Made by a program: the position numbers and the translations under genes | The notes under the pieces: generated by a model | Seen by the model: only the letters and a program-made list of their open reading frames with translations | Databases searched by the model: none | What the model was told of the DNA's origin: nothing | From: Promethearchaeota archaeon Loki_b32 | GTDB lineage: Archaea; Asgardarchaeota; Lokiarchaeia; Sigyniarchaeales; SOKP01 | Reading direction: 5' to 3' | NCBI GenBank assembly: GCA_005223125.1 | Contig: NJBH01000004.1 | Coordinates: 32,001-96,000 of the forward strand | DNA: 64,000 bases | In this document: piece after piece, positions 31,488 to 41,759 of the stretch | Layout of the letters: the number at the start of each line of letters is the position of its first letter | Numbering within the stretch: the first letter of the stretch is position 1

Positions 31488-34400
31488 TTACGTTGCTAAT
31501 GTCCTAATCATAGCATTAATTTGTTCAAAATCGTAATGTTTAATAGAAATTGCCCCAACTGGACAATTCACCGCACAAGTTCCACATCCTTTACATAAAC
31601 CTGAATTTACAGAAGATTTTTTTATTGGTAGACTTACCTCTTCAAAATCTTTTAGGACGTTTGTAATTTCTATTGCGTTATAGGAACATGCTTCCTCACA
31701 TGTTCCACATCCGATACACAAATCTGCATCTACTTCCGCTATTAATCCAGATGTAGTAATTTCCTCTGCGCTTAAAAACCTACATGCTCTTCCTGCTGCA
31801 CCATTTCCTTGTGATATTGAATCTTGTATATTTTTTGGCCATTGAGCACATCCACACAAGAAGATCCCATCAGTAGCAAAATCTAATGGTCTTAATTTAA
31901 CATGAGCTTCTAGAAAAAAACCGTTTTTATCTAGAGGAACCTTGAGCATTTTTGCTAGCTCATCTAAATTGTCAGCTGGAATCATAGGTGTCGATAATAC
32001 TATTAAATCTGTATCAAATTTGATATTATCTTGTAAATTGGTATCAAAAACATTAATTTCAAACTTACTTGTTCCACTATTTTTCTCTTTAATTACAGGT
32101 GGATCGTCTAAATCATATCTCAAAAAAATAGCATCTTTTCTTCGCTCACGATAATATCTTTCAAATTCTTTCTTTGCCATTTGAAGATCTCTATAAAGAA
32201 CTATTAATTTGAGGTCTTGCTTTAATTCTTTTAGGATGTTAATATTTTTTATAGCACTTTCACAACATATATTTGAGCAATAAGTTATCCCTTTTTCTTG
32301 TCTAGCATTAACACATAATAGTGTAGTAATATGATTAAGTTTGGTAAGCCATGAGTTATCTTCATCTTTTAATTTCTGTTCTAGTTGTAATTGCGTAATT
32401 ACATTGTGGTTTGTATATTTATATTCAAAAAATTCATTAGGTTTTAATTCTTGTCCTCCAGTGGCAACAATAATAGTGCCAATTTTTAACTCATGAATTT
32501 TTTTATCTGAATCGATAAGTGAAACATTATAATTACCAAGAAATCCATTAATATCTTTTAAATCAGAATTTGAAAAGATTTGAATGTTCTTATTCTGTTC
32601 AACCTTTTCTATGGTTTCGTTTAGTAAGATTGAAGCATCCTCTTGAGTAGGATATAGCATATTTAAGTATCTTAAATTTCCACCTAAATATTTCTCTTTT
32701 TCTATAAGATAAACAATAAATCCTTGATTAGCTATATTTAAAGCAGCAGTCATTCCGGATATTCCTCCGCCAATTACCATTGCAGTTTGAGTAATTTTCA
32801 ATTTCTTTTCTTCTTGTGATTTTAATAATCTTGATTTAGCAACACCCATTCTTATTAAATCAATTGCTTTTTCCGTAGCAAGCTCCTTTTCTGTCATATG
32901 TACCCATGAACATTGATCACGGATATTCACCATTTCAAATAAGTATTTATTTAATCCCGCTTCTTGACATGTCTCCTGGAATAAAGATTCGTGTGTTCTT
33001 GGCGTACAAGAAGCTACAATAAATCTATTTAAATTATATTCACCTATTACTTCTCTAATTCGTTCTTGAGAATCTGAACTACAAGAATACAAGTTATCTT
33101 CACAAAAAACTACATTAGGCAACGTTTTTATGTGTTCTATAACCTGAGGAATATCAATATATTTTCCAATATTAATACCACAATGACAGATAAGGACCCC
33201 AATTCTAGGTATATCTGTTTCTTTAACTATTTTTTCTGGTATCCTAATAACTTTTTCTTTTGTTTCAGTAAATTTAAAGGAATTAAGTAAAGTCGCTACT
33301 TGTGAAGCCACCCCACTAGCGTCAGCTACCGTTTCTGGTATATCCATTGGACCTTGACAAAAACCAACTAAAAAAATACCTTCTTTAGAGGATAAAGATT
33401 TATTATAATATGATTTCTCTTTAAAAAAATTATAATCATCCAACTCGATATCTAAAACTTTAGATAATTCTTTAGTTCCAGCTGAAGGGACAAGAGGTGT
33501 AGCTAATACTACAAGATTTGCATTAAAGTCCTTAAATTCACCCGTTTTTAGATCTTCATAATGAATTACTAAATCATTTGTTTCTGGATCTTCTTTTATT
33601 CTGCTAATTTTAGTTTGGAAATATTTTACTCCATATTCTTCCTGAGCTCTCTGGGTAAATTCATAAAAATTTTTACCGTAAGCTCTAACATCATGCCTAA
33701 ATACAAAACATTTTGAGTTTTCAGAATGTTCCCGAGTTATGATCGCTTCTTTGGCACTATACATACAACATACTGATGAACAATAGGGAATTCCCTCACG
33801 TAAATCCCTTGAGCCCGCACACTGAATAAATGCTATTTTTTCTGGCTCTTTCTCATCACTAGGTCGTAAAATTTGACCCTCAAATGGTCCAGAGGCCGAT
33901 AATATTCGTTCATATTCTAAAGCACTTACCACATTTTTATAATTATAACCCCATCTTGAGGTTAACTCTTCTCCTAACACATCATATCCAGTAGCAACAA
34001 CGAGAGCACCAACGTTTAAATTGATTTCTTGAGGTTTTTGTTCATAATCTATTGCTTCTGCCGTACAAACTTTCTCACAAACCCCGCATACTCCTTTAGT
34101 GAGTTTTAAGCATAACTCAGGGTCAATTAAATATACAGGAGGTACTGCTTGAAGAAATGGAATGTAAACAGATTTCCTTTTACCTAGATTCATATCAAAG
34201 ATATTAGGGAATTCAATCTTCGGACATTTAACTGCACAGTCACCACATCCTTTACATTTAGTCTCGTCAATATAACGAGGTTTCTTAAGGACTGTAACCA
34301 CAAAATTTCCTGGCTTTCCAGAAACTTTTTGAACTTCATGATAAGTCATTAATTCAATGTTAGGATTTCTAAATACTTCTACCATTTTAGGGGCAAGAAT

Positions 34401-34568
34401 ACATAAACTGCAATCGTTTGTAGGAAAGGTTTTATCAAGTTGAGCCATTCTTCCTCCAATTGAAGGTGTCTTTTCTACTAAATAAACTTTAAATCCCAAT
34501 TCAGTTAAATCTAAAGAAGTTTGTATCCCTGCTATCCCACCACCAATAACTAACACTGATCCTTCCAT
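31488..34568 (-). CDS. hdrA: HdrA-like flavoprotein, long two-FAD-domain form (paralog of 26955..30056)
   Basis: Same motif order; near-identical N-terminus to 26955..30056. Confidence 0.92.
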   Translation of the reverse strand: MEGSVLVIGGGIAGIQTSLDLTELGFKVYLVEKTPSIGGRMAQLDKTFPTNDCSLCILAPKMVEVFRNPNIELMTYHEVQKVSGKPGNFVVTVLKKPRYIDETKCKGCGDCAVKCPKIEFPNIFDMNLGKRKSVYIPFLQAVPPVYLIDPELCLKLTKGVCGVCEKVCTAEAIDYEQKPQEINLNVGALVVATGYDVLGEELTSRWGYNYKNVVSALEYERILSASGPFEGQILRPSDEKEPEKIAFIQCAGSRDLREGIPYCSSVCCMYSAKEAIITREHSENSKCFVFRHDVRAYGKNFYEFTQRAQEEYGVKYFQTKISRIKEDPETNDLVIHYEDLKTGEFKDFNANLVVLATPLVPSAGTKELSKVLDIELDDYNFFKEKSYYNKSLSSKEGIFLVGFCQGPMDIPETVADASGVASQVATLLNSFKFTETKEKVIRIPEKIVKETDIPRIGVLICHCGINIGKYIDIPQVIEHIKTLPNVVFCEDNLYSCSSDSQERIREVIGEYNLNRFIVASCTPRTHESLFQETCQEAGLNKYLFEMVNIRDQCSWVHMTEKELATEKAIDLIRMGVAKSRLLKSQEEKKLKITQTAMVIGGGISGMTAALNIANQGFIVYLIEKEKYLGGNLRYLNMLYPTQEDASILLNETIEKVEQNKNIQIFSNSDLKDINGFLGNYNVSLIDSDKKIHELKIGTIIVATGGQELKPNEFFEYKYTNHNVITQLQLEQKLKDEDNSWLTKLNHITTLLCVNARQEKGITYCSNICCESAIKNINILKELKQDLKLIVLYRDLQMAKKEFERYYRERRKDAIFLRYDLDDPPVIKEKNSGTSKFEINVFDTNLQDNIKFDTDLIVLSTPMIPADNLDELAKMLKVPLDKNGFFLEAHVKLRPLDFATDGIFLCGCAQWPKNIQDSISQGNGAAGRACRFLSAEEITTSGLIAEVDADLCIGCGTCEEACSYNAIEITNVLKDFEEVSLPIKKSSVNSGLCKGCGTCAVNCPVGAISIKHYDFEQINAMIRTLAT

Positions 34569-35062
34569 TATTTACCACTTTCTAATTTTTTTGATAAAGA
34601 TTTGTTTTCCACATCTTTTTATCCGTTGATTAAAAAATAAAGAAATGTAATTATATAAATATTTTTATGAAAAATGATCAAGGTCCGACACTTTTTATTT
34701 TTAAATGGTCGGATTTCATGCATCTTTCACGTTTATTCTTTCATAAACAATCATAATTCTTTTGAGATTTAATTTTATACGACATTATGGGTATATTTAG
34801 TTAAATTTAACTTTCTCAGCGATCAATATTCTACATTATGCATGTTTACGAAAAAAATTAAACCCGAAATATCATAAAGTTACAAAATAATAAAAAAAAT
34901 CATTAATTCTGATAATTGTGTATGTCTTCCAAGAACTCTCATTTTAAAAGATTCATATAAAAGAAGATAAAATAATATAATATGATGAGCACACAGGAAA
35001 GGAAGATAGTAGAATAAAAGGGAAAATAAAAAAGTAGCTTAATTAGATTCAGTCATATAAAA

Positions 35063-35340
35063 AGATCCTTATACTTTTCTTTGATTTTTTTTAGAAGATC
35101 TTTTTTTTCCTTCTCATCCATTTCAGAAAGTTTTTCTCTTATTTTATGAATTTCCTCTAAAGATTTTTCTTCTTTTAATAAACCATTTCCTCTGGAGTAC
35201 AAATAATCACATCTTTTTCTTTTAATCTTTCATTTATGTTTCTAACTTGAAATTTAGTTTTGAATTTAACTATGTGGGTTAAATTCCAACTAACTATTGC
35301 ATCTATTTTATATTTTGTTGCTATAGCAATATGGAGGGCA
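35063..35340 (-). pseudogene. partial duplicate of PIN-toxin 3' end plus downstream small ORF
   Basis: 278-bp colinear match to 51458-51735 (ALHIAIATKYK..EEMVY* and KEEKSLEEIHKIRE). Confidence 0.85.
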
Positions 35341-35355
35341 CCACGGGGGAGGGAG
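35336..35355 (+). repeat. GC-rich direct repeat, left copy
   Basis: GGGCACCACGGGGGAGGGAG, identical to 36929-36948. Confidence 0.85.
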
Positions 35356-35556
35356 GGAACATTTTTTCTAAAAAAATCATTCTGTTCTCGTATTATTCTT
35401 TGATCTTCCCCCTAATATTCCTTTTATTTGAATGATCTGGAATAAGGAGTGTGTTTAAAAATCCTATCAACTTTTTTTGAATAAATATTAAAGCAATAAT
35501 TTTGATCAAAAATTATTTATAAATATATTTAGATATTTTTATTGAGGTAAATAATA

Positions 35557-35742
35557 ATGGCAACGGAAAAAGAAAATGTCATGCAAATGATAAAAGAACT
35601 CCCTGATGATATTACATTAGAGGATATCATGTATCATTTATATGCTAGGGAAAAGATCATCCGTGGTCTAAAGGATGCTAACGAAGGAAGAAAAGTATCG
35701 AACGAAAAAGCAAAAGAAGTTATTGAAAAATGGTTCGAATAG
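35557..35742 (+). CDS. putative antitoxin of RelE/ParE toxin
   Basis: 61 aa, LPDDITLEDIMYHLY..IIRGLKD..EGR; overlaps toxin start. Confidence 0.8.
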   Translation: MATEKENVMQMIKELPDDITLEDIMYHLYAREKIIRGLKDANEGRKVSNEKAKEVIEKWFE

Positions 35743-36014
35743 AATGGACTGAACGCTCTTTAGAAGACTTAAATGAGATACATGATTATATAGCGCGGGA
35801 TTCTAAAAGTTATGCAAACCTTTTTGTTAATAAGTTATATGATGCCGTTCAGAAACTAAAGGAGTTTCCGAATATAGGTAGAATTGTGCCGGAAGTCAAT
35901 ATTGCATCCGTAAGAGAAATCATTTTTCAAAATTATAGAATTATTTATAGAAATATGAATGATTATGTTGAAATCATTACAATATTTCATGGAAGTCGTT
36001 TGTTGAGATTATAA
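35730..36014 (+). CDS. RelE/ParE family toxin
   Basis: IEWTERSLEDL..FPNIGRIVPE..YRIIY..IFHGSR. Confidence 0.9.
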   Translation: MVRIEWTERSLEDLNEIHDYIARDSKSYANLFVNKLYDAVQKLKEFPNIGRIVPEVNIASVREIIFQNYRIIYRNMNDYVEIITIFHGSRLLRL

Positions 36015-36040
36015 GAATATAAATATTACAAAATTAATAA

Positions 36041-36060
36041 CGGGAGGATATTTTCTCCCG
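36041..36060. terminator. hairpin between convergent TA operons
   Basis: CGGGAG-GATATTTT-CTCCCG inverted repeat. Confidence 0.35.
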
Positions 36061-36150
36061 ATCCTGATCCCTGGAAGTAGGAAGAATACGATAAAATTAA
36101 TCAGGCAGTAAGAGTTTTCCAAAAAAAAAATGCCAAGTTAAGTCTCAAAA

Positions 36151-36552
36151 CTACCAAGATCTTAGTTGTAAATTGAACATTTCTTTAAGTTTTTTATCAT
36201 TAGAGTAAATAATGTTCGTATCGTGCTTTTTACACGTCATGGCGATGATTTCATCATGCGATTCGTGACTTTTAGCATTATTTAACATCAATTTAATGAT
36301 TGTCATATTAAAATCATCGATAATGATATTTTCTGAGCTTTCCCATCGATTGAGAGCCTCCTTAAATGCGCTTGTTTTCCCAGCTTTTCTCATTTTCCAA
36401 AGCAATTCTGCGATTGCAATTGTAGGTAGGATTACTGTTATTTCTCCATTTATTACTTTTTTTTTCAATTGTTGGAGTATTGGGGGAATTTTTTGATAGT
36501 CATAATGAAAATAGAATAGAACCTGAGCACCAATTACTGCCTTTTCTATCAT
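36151..36552 (-). CDS. PIN-domain (VapC-like) protein, first acidic residue apparently replaced by Gly
   Basis: AVIGAQV (usually VID), IAIAEL, HDEIIA, IYSNDK. Confidence 0.7.
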   Translation of the reverse strand: MIEKAVIGAQVLFYFHYDYQKIPPILQQLKKKVINGEITVILPTIAIAELLWKMRKAGKTSAFKEALNRWESSENIIIDDFNMTIIKLMLNNAKSHESHDEIIAMTCKKHDTNIIYSNDKKLKEMFNLQLRSW

Positions 36553-36580
36553 TTTATATCAAGAACCATCTATTTTTTGA

Positions 36581-36856
36581 TTATTCCTCAATAGGAAATA
36601 ACGATTTTTTTGCTTGATCTAACTCTTCCTCTGTAAATGGAGGTACATCTTCAAATAAATTATCTTCAATCTCAAGAGGATGTATTTTTTTTTTGATTAG
36701 AATAGTCTTATCGTCCTTCAATTCCATCTCAACCTCATTTTTATCTTCAATAGCTAACTTGTCTCTCCATTCTTTTGGTATTACAATCCTTCCATTTGAT
36801 GAGACTTTTTGAGTAATTTTTTCGGTCATTTGTATTTTCATTTTTCTAATTGTCAT
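36581..36856 (-). CDS. AbrB/MazE/SpoVT family antitoxin
   Basis: KVSSNGRIVIPKEWRDKL. Confidence 0.88.
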   Translation of the reverse strand: MTIRKMKIQMTEKITQKVSSNGRIVIPKEWRDKLAIEDKNEVEMELKDDKTILIKKKIHPLEIEDNLFEDVPPFTEEELDQAKKSLFPIEE

Positions 36857-36928
36857 TATAATATAGTAAATGACAGTTATTATATTTTTTCAAAACTAGC
36901 AATAGCTAAGAACTTATTCTTTAGGAGG

Positions 36929-36948
36929 GGGCACCACGGGGGAGGGAG
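36929..36948 (+). repeat. GC-rich direct repeat, right copy
   Basis: GGGCACCACGGGGGAGGGAG, identical to 35336-35355. Confidence 0.85.
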
Positions 36949-36984
36949 ATAATAGCGAAAGTAATAAATAAAAAATTTGTTATT

Positions 36985-37416
36985 TTAAATTGCTTGTAAT
37001 GGACCTAGTTTTTTAATTTTATTAGTAAATTCAGTGATAACTTCAGCGAATCGTTTTCCTTCAGAGGCACTTACCCATTCAAGCCTAAATCTTTTATCAA
37101 GATTAAATATTTTTAAAACTTCTCGAAAACGTTCAAATCTATCTCTCGCAAACTCATTTCCTTTCAAGTAATGACAATCACCAATATGACATCCGGTTAC
37201 AATAACTCCATCGATACCATCTTTAAATGCCTCTAAAATGAAAGCGGGGTCTACTCTACCAGAACACATTACACGTACTATTCTAATTGTGGGGGGGTAT
37301 TGAAATCGTGAGACTCCAGCTAAATCTGCTCCAGCATAACTACACCAATTACAACAAAAACATAAGATATTTGGGTGAAATTCCTTATTTTTTACTTTCT
37401 TTTCTTTACTTATCAT
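36985..37416 (-). CDS. mvhD: MvhD/FlpD [2Fe-2S] subunit (Cys form)
   Basis: [30 protein letters not shown]. Confidence 0.93.
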   Translation of the reverse strand: MISKEKKVKNKEFHPNILCFCCNWCSYAGADLAGVSRFQYPPTIRIVRVMCSGRVDPAFILEAFKDGIDGVIVTGCHIGDCHYLKGNEFARDRFERFREVLKIFNLDKRFRLEWVSASEGKRFAEVITEFTNKIKKLGPLQAI

Positions 37417-37436
37417 TTTCTTTTATTAATTATAAT

Positions 37437-40400
37437 TTAACTTTGAACTAAAAGTGCAGAAATCATAGCGTGAATTTGCTCAAAACCAAAATGTTTAATA
37501 ACTATTGTTGAGTTAGGGCATTGAGCACCACATGTACCACATCCTTTGCAAAGTGCAGGATTTATGTGGGATTTCAATATAGTCATTGTGAAATCTTCGA
37601 ACGTTCTTTCTTCCTCTATTAATTCTATAGCGTTAAATTGACAAACTTCAAGACAACTTCCACAACCAATGCAATTTTCTTCTATTACAACAGCTACAAG
37701 CCCAGATGTTACAAGTTTTTCAGCGCTTAAAATTTTTACTGCTTGGGCAGCAGCTCCATTGGATTGTGCTATTGATTCTCGAAGATCTTTAGGTGAATGT
37801 GCGCTCCCACATAAATATATACCATCTGTTGCAAAATCAATTGGTCTCAATTTAACATGAGCTTCCAAAAAGAATTTGTCCTCATTAAGTGGAACTTTTA
37901 ACATTTTTGCTAAATCTTCATTTTCTTTTATAGGTGCTACGAGACCTGTACTTAATACAATTAAATCAGGATTTATTTCAATTTCTCCTAAATCTGGATT
38001 GTTTACTATTATTTTTAATTGTTTATTTTTAATATTTAATTCTGGAGGTTTAGTTTCATCAAATCTTATGAAGATAACCTTTTTATCTCGTGCTAGGTTA
38101 TAATATTTTTCTTTAAAACCATATGTCCTAATATCACGATAAAGAATCACTATTTCTATTTTAGGATTGATTTCTTTTGCTTTTAACGCATTTTTAATGG
38201 CTTCTGAACAACAGATTCTGCTACAATATGGGTGATCTTCATTTCTGGATCCAACGCATTGAATCATAACTATTGATTTCACTCCTTTTACTTTATCTGT
38301 AGTAAAAAGATCTTTTTCAAATTCAGTTTGGGTTATAATTCTTTGGTCTTGTCCAAAATTGTATTCATTTGGTTGATATTCTTTTGCTCCAGTCGCTACA
38401 ACTATTATTCCAAGTTCAAGATCAACACTTTTGTTATTATTTCCGTAGTTTATATTTGTGGAAAAATTTCCAATATACCCTGATATTGAATTGATTTGAG
38501 CATTTTTAAATACTTGAATAAGTTGATTATTTTCAACATTTTTAATTAAATTTTTAAGATATTCCTGAATATTATCATTTTCAAGGGTCCGATAAAGATT
38601 TTTAGCAATTCCCCCTAGAGAATCTTCCTTTTCAATTAAGTAAACTTCATAACCTTGAGAAGCTAGATTTAATGCTGCTGACATTCCAGATACACCACCA
38701 CCTATAATCAAACCTTTATTTATTACAGCTATTTCTTGTTCCTGTAACGGGATTAATTGGCTAGCCTTTGCTACTGACATGCGCAATAAGTCTTTTGATT
38801 TTGCCGTTGCTTTTTCAGGTTCATGCATATGGACCCACGAACATTGATCTCGAATATTTACCATTTCAAATAGATATTTATTTAAACCAACTTCTCTTAT
38901 TGTCGCTTGAAATAAAGCTTCATGAGTTCTTGGAGTACATGATGCAACAATCACTCTATTCAGTTTGTTATTTTCTATTTTTTCTTTAATATTAGTTTGA
39001 GTATCTGCTGAACAGGTATATAAATTATGTTCGGCATAAACAACATTGGGTAAAGTTTTAACATATTCTACTACATTAGGAACATCAACAACCCCACCAA
39101 TATTTATTCCGCAGTGACATATAAATACTCCTATTCGCGGTGGTTGATCAGTTACATCCAATTCTTCGGGAAGTTCTTTCTTAGAGACTAATTTGTTTCT
39201 TGCTTCTGATAGAAGAACATTTACACATCCAGCAGCAGCACTAGCTTCAATAACAGTTTCTGGAATATCTTTAGGTGTTGCGAAAGACCCACAAACATAA
39301 ATCCCTGGTCTTGAAGTATCTACGGGAGTAAAAGTTTCAGTTTTACAAAACCCATATTCATTTAATTGGATATTTAATTTCTGTGCTAATTCTTTTGCTT
39401 GTTGATTAGGTTGCATTCCTACAGAAAGGACGACTAGATTAAAAAATTCTTCAATAATTTTTCCATTTCCTGTTTCATAATAAACTTTTAAATCTTTAGA
39501 GTCCGGAATTTCTTTAATAGAAGATATTCTGCGCCTGATATATCTTATTCCATACTCATCCTTTGCTCGTTCAATATATTTATCAAAATCTTTACCATAT
39601 GCTCTGATATCCATTGTAAAAATGGTTGGATCTATAATATTCATATGCTCTTTCGCTATAACTGCTTCTTTTGTAGTATACATACAACATACTGAAGAGC
39701 AATAATCATTACCCTGCTTTCTGTCCCTTGAACCAATACAATTTAAAAAGGCAATTTTTTTAGGAATAATTCCATCAGAAGGGCGAATTATTAAACCTGA
39801 GTGTGGTCCACTAGCACTTAGAATACGCTCAAATTCAATACTAGTGATTACATTTAGATATTTACCATAGCCGAATTGCTTTAAAGGGGTAGGATCGTAT
39901 TCATCAAACCCTATTGCTAATACTACAGCACCTACATTAAGGTTAATTTCTTTATTTTGAAGTTCATAATCTATAGCTTTTACTTTACATATTCCCTTAC
40001 ATATTCCACAACCTATACATTTGTCTTTGTCAATTGAAAACACTAATGGAACTGCCTGTGGAAATTTTACGGATATTGCTGCTATATTAGAAAGTTTCTC
40101 ATTAAAAAAATCTATAGCCTCTATTGGACATTGTTGAGCACACAAACCACATCCAGTACATTTATTTTGATCTAAACGAAGTGTTCTTTGAGTTAAATCA
40201 ACCTTAAAATTACCAGGTTCACCTTCAATTTTTTCTATTGAAGAATTAATTAAAATATCGATATTTTCATGTCGTCCAGTTTCTACTAATTTCGGGGCAA
40301 GAATACATATTGCACAGTCATTAGTTGGAAATGTTTTATCTAATTGAGACATAACTCCACCAATACTGGTTGTTGATTCTGCGAGATAAACTTTATAACC

Positions 40401-40478
40401 TGAATCTGCTAAATCTATAGAAGTTTGAATACCTGCAATTCCACCACCAATTACTAGAACAGCTCCGACTTTCTCCAT
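37437..40478 (-). CDS. hdrA: HdrA-like flavoprotein, long two-FAD-domain form
   Basis: GGGIAG, FPTNDCAIC, CIGSRD, CHCGINI, CVGSR, EAHVKLRP, terminal ferredoxin. Confidence 0.92.
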   Translation of the reverse strand: MEKVGAVLVIGGGIAGIQTSIDLADSGYKVYLAESTTSIGGVMSQLDKTFPTNDCAICILAPKLVETGRHENIDILINSSIEKIEGEPGNFKVDLTQRTLRLDQNKCTGCGLCAQQCPIEAIDFFNEKLSNIAAISVKFPQAVPLVFSIDKDKCIGCGICKGICKVKAIDYELQNKEINLNVGAVVLAIGFDEYDPTPLKQFGYGKYLNVITSIEFERILSASGPHSGLIIRPSDGIIPKKIAFLNCIGSRDRKQGNDYCSSVCCMYTTKEAVIAKEHMNIIDPTIFTMDIRAYGKDFDKYIERAKDEYGIRYIRRRISSIKEIPDSKDLKVYYETGNGKIIEEFFNLVVLSVGMQPNQQAKELAQKLNIQLNEYGFCKTETFTPVDTSRPGIYVCGSFATPKDIPETVIEASAAAGCVNVLLSEARNKLVSKKELPEELDVTDQPPRIGVFICHCGINIGGVVDVPNVVEYVKTLPNVVYAEHNLYTCSADTQTNIKEKIENNKLNRVIVASCTPRTHEALFQATIREVGLNKYLFEMVNIRDQCSWVHMHEPEKATAKSKDLLRMSVAKASQLIPLQEQEIAVINKGLIIGGGVSGMSAALNLASQGYEVYLIEKEDSLGGIAKNLYRTLENDNIQEYLKNLIKNVENNQLIQVFKNAQINSISGYIGNFSTNINYGNNNKSVDLELGIIVVATGAKEYQPNEYNFGQDQRIITQTEFEKDLFTTDKVKGVKSIVMIQCVGSRNEDHPYCSRICCSEAIKNALKAKEINPKIEIVILYRDIRTYGFKEKYYNLARDKKVIFIRFDETKPPELNIKNKQLKIIVNNPDLGEIEINPDLIVLSTGLVAPIKENEDLAKMLKVPLNEDKFFLEAHVKLRPIDFATDGIYLCGSAHSPKDLRESIAQSNGAAAQAVKILSAEKLVTSGLVAVVIEENCIGCGSCLEVCQFNAIELIEEERTFEDFTMTILKSHINPALCKGCGTCGAQCPNSTIVIKHFGFEQIHAMISALLVQS

Positions 40479-41755
40479 TACTTTCCCTCAACATTTTTAT
40501 TGGGTTCTATTATTTTTATCAGATCTACTAAAAACTCTGAAAAATCTAAAATTTCAATAGAAGAAAAGTCTTCATAGTCTTTTTTTAGACAATTTAGATG
40601 CATGCGACATTTTGGACAAGATGTAATCATTTTGGTTCCAACAGCTTTAGCTTCTAAAAGACGTTTATATCGCAATGCTTTAGACCGCTCATTACAATTC
40701 ATCCAAGAATTTACTCCACAACAATAAGAATTTTCTTTATTGTGTTCCATTTCTTTAAAATTATAACCAATAATTTTCAAATGCTTGAAGATTTCTCGGA
40801 CTTCCTCAATTATTTTATTATCCTTTGGTAAAAATCTACTTAACCTACAAGGGTCATGATAAGTAAAAGGAATAACCTCATCAGATTTATTAGGATTTTT
40901 AAATAGAACTTTTCCCTGCTTCCATTTATCAAAAATATATTCAATTATGTGTTTAACTTCAAATTTTTTATTAAACTCTTCAAACAGTTTTGGATAATCA
41001 ATTTTAAAGGTTCTATAACATTCAGCACAAGCAGTAACAATTGTTGTAGCTCCCGTTTCTTCAAACCGTTTAACATTTTTTTTTGCTAATTCAATAAAGC
41101 TTTCGAATTTTGCTTGACCCCAATATAAATCGTGTCCACAGCATATCTCATCTTTTAGAATCACTACCGGATCTTTTTCTAATTGACAAATAATCTTAAG
41201 TGTGCTTTCTGCTATAGATAATGAGTCTTCAAATTCATAGTTAAAAAAAGGTAAACATCCGACATAATATAAAATATTTCCCTTATCTGAAGTTTTACAT
41301 CCTTTTGGAATCCAATCTAAAGGTCTCTCAATTTCCATATTGTCTTGACTCATCATTTCTGACATCAAAGGATAAATACCTTTATGAGCAATAGAACGAT
41401 CAGGATTTTGAATATCTTTTAATCGCATTTTATATCTAGCAATTCTGACAATATCAGCAAAATTAATATCTTTAGGGCAATGTTCTAGGCAACTATTACA
41501 CATTAAACAATCCCATAATACCTGACTATTAATTATCTCATCTTCAAAGCCTTCTAATATCATTTGAATAATTCTACTAGGTGTAAATTTTTGAACCTTA
41601 CTGATTTGACATACACCCGAGCAACGGGCACATTGATAACACTTTTTTAGCAAATTAATTAAATCTGGTTCATAAATCTTTCTTAAGTATAAATTAGAAT
41701 CATTTTCTTCTTGTTTTACCTTTTTAAGATTTTCGATTTCAGTTATGAGATTCAC
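40478..41755 (-). CDS. HdrD-like Fe-S oxidoreductase (4Fe-4S + CCG), paralog of 30056..31336
   Basis: CYQCARCSGVC, ICCG, YHDPCRL, YCCG. Confidence 0.88.
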   Translation of the reverse strand: MNLITEIENLKKVKQEENDSNLYLRKIYEPDLINLLKKCYQCARCSGVCQISKVQKFTPSRIIQMILEGFEDEIINSQVLWDCLMCNSCLEHCPKDINFADIVRIARYKMRLKDIQNPDRSIAHKGIYPLMSEMMSQDNMEIERPLDWIPKGCKTSDKGNILYYVGCLPFFNYEFEDSLSIAESTLKIICQLEKDPVVILKDEICCGHDLYWGQAKFESFIELAKKNVKRFEETGATTIVTACAECYRTFKIDYPKLFEEFNKKFEVKHIIEYIFDKWKQGKVLFKNPNKSDEVIPFTYHDPCRLSRFLPKDNKIIEEVREIFKHLKIIGYNFKEMEHNKENSYCCGVNSWMNCNERSKALRYKRLLEAKAVGTKMITSCPKCRMHLNCLKKDYEDFSSIEILDFSEFLVDLIKIIEPNKNVEGK

Positions 41756-41759
41756 TTCC

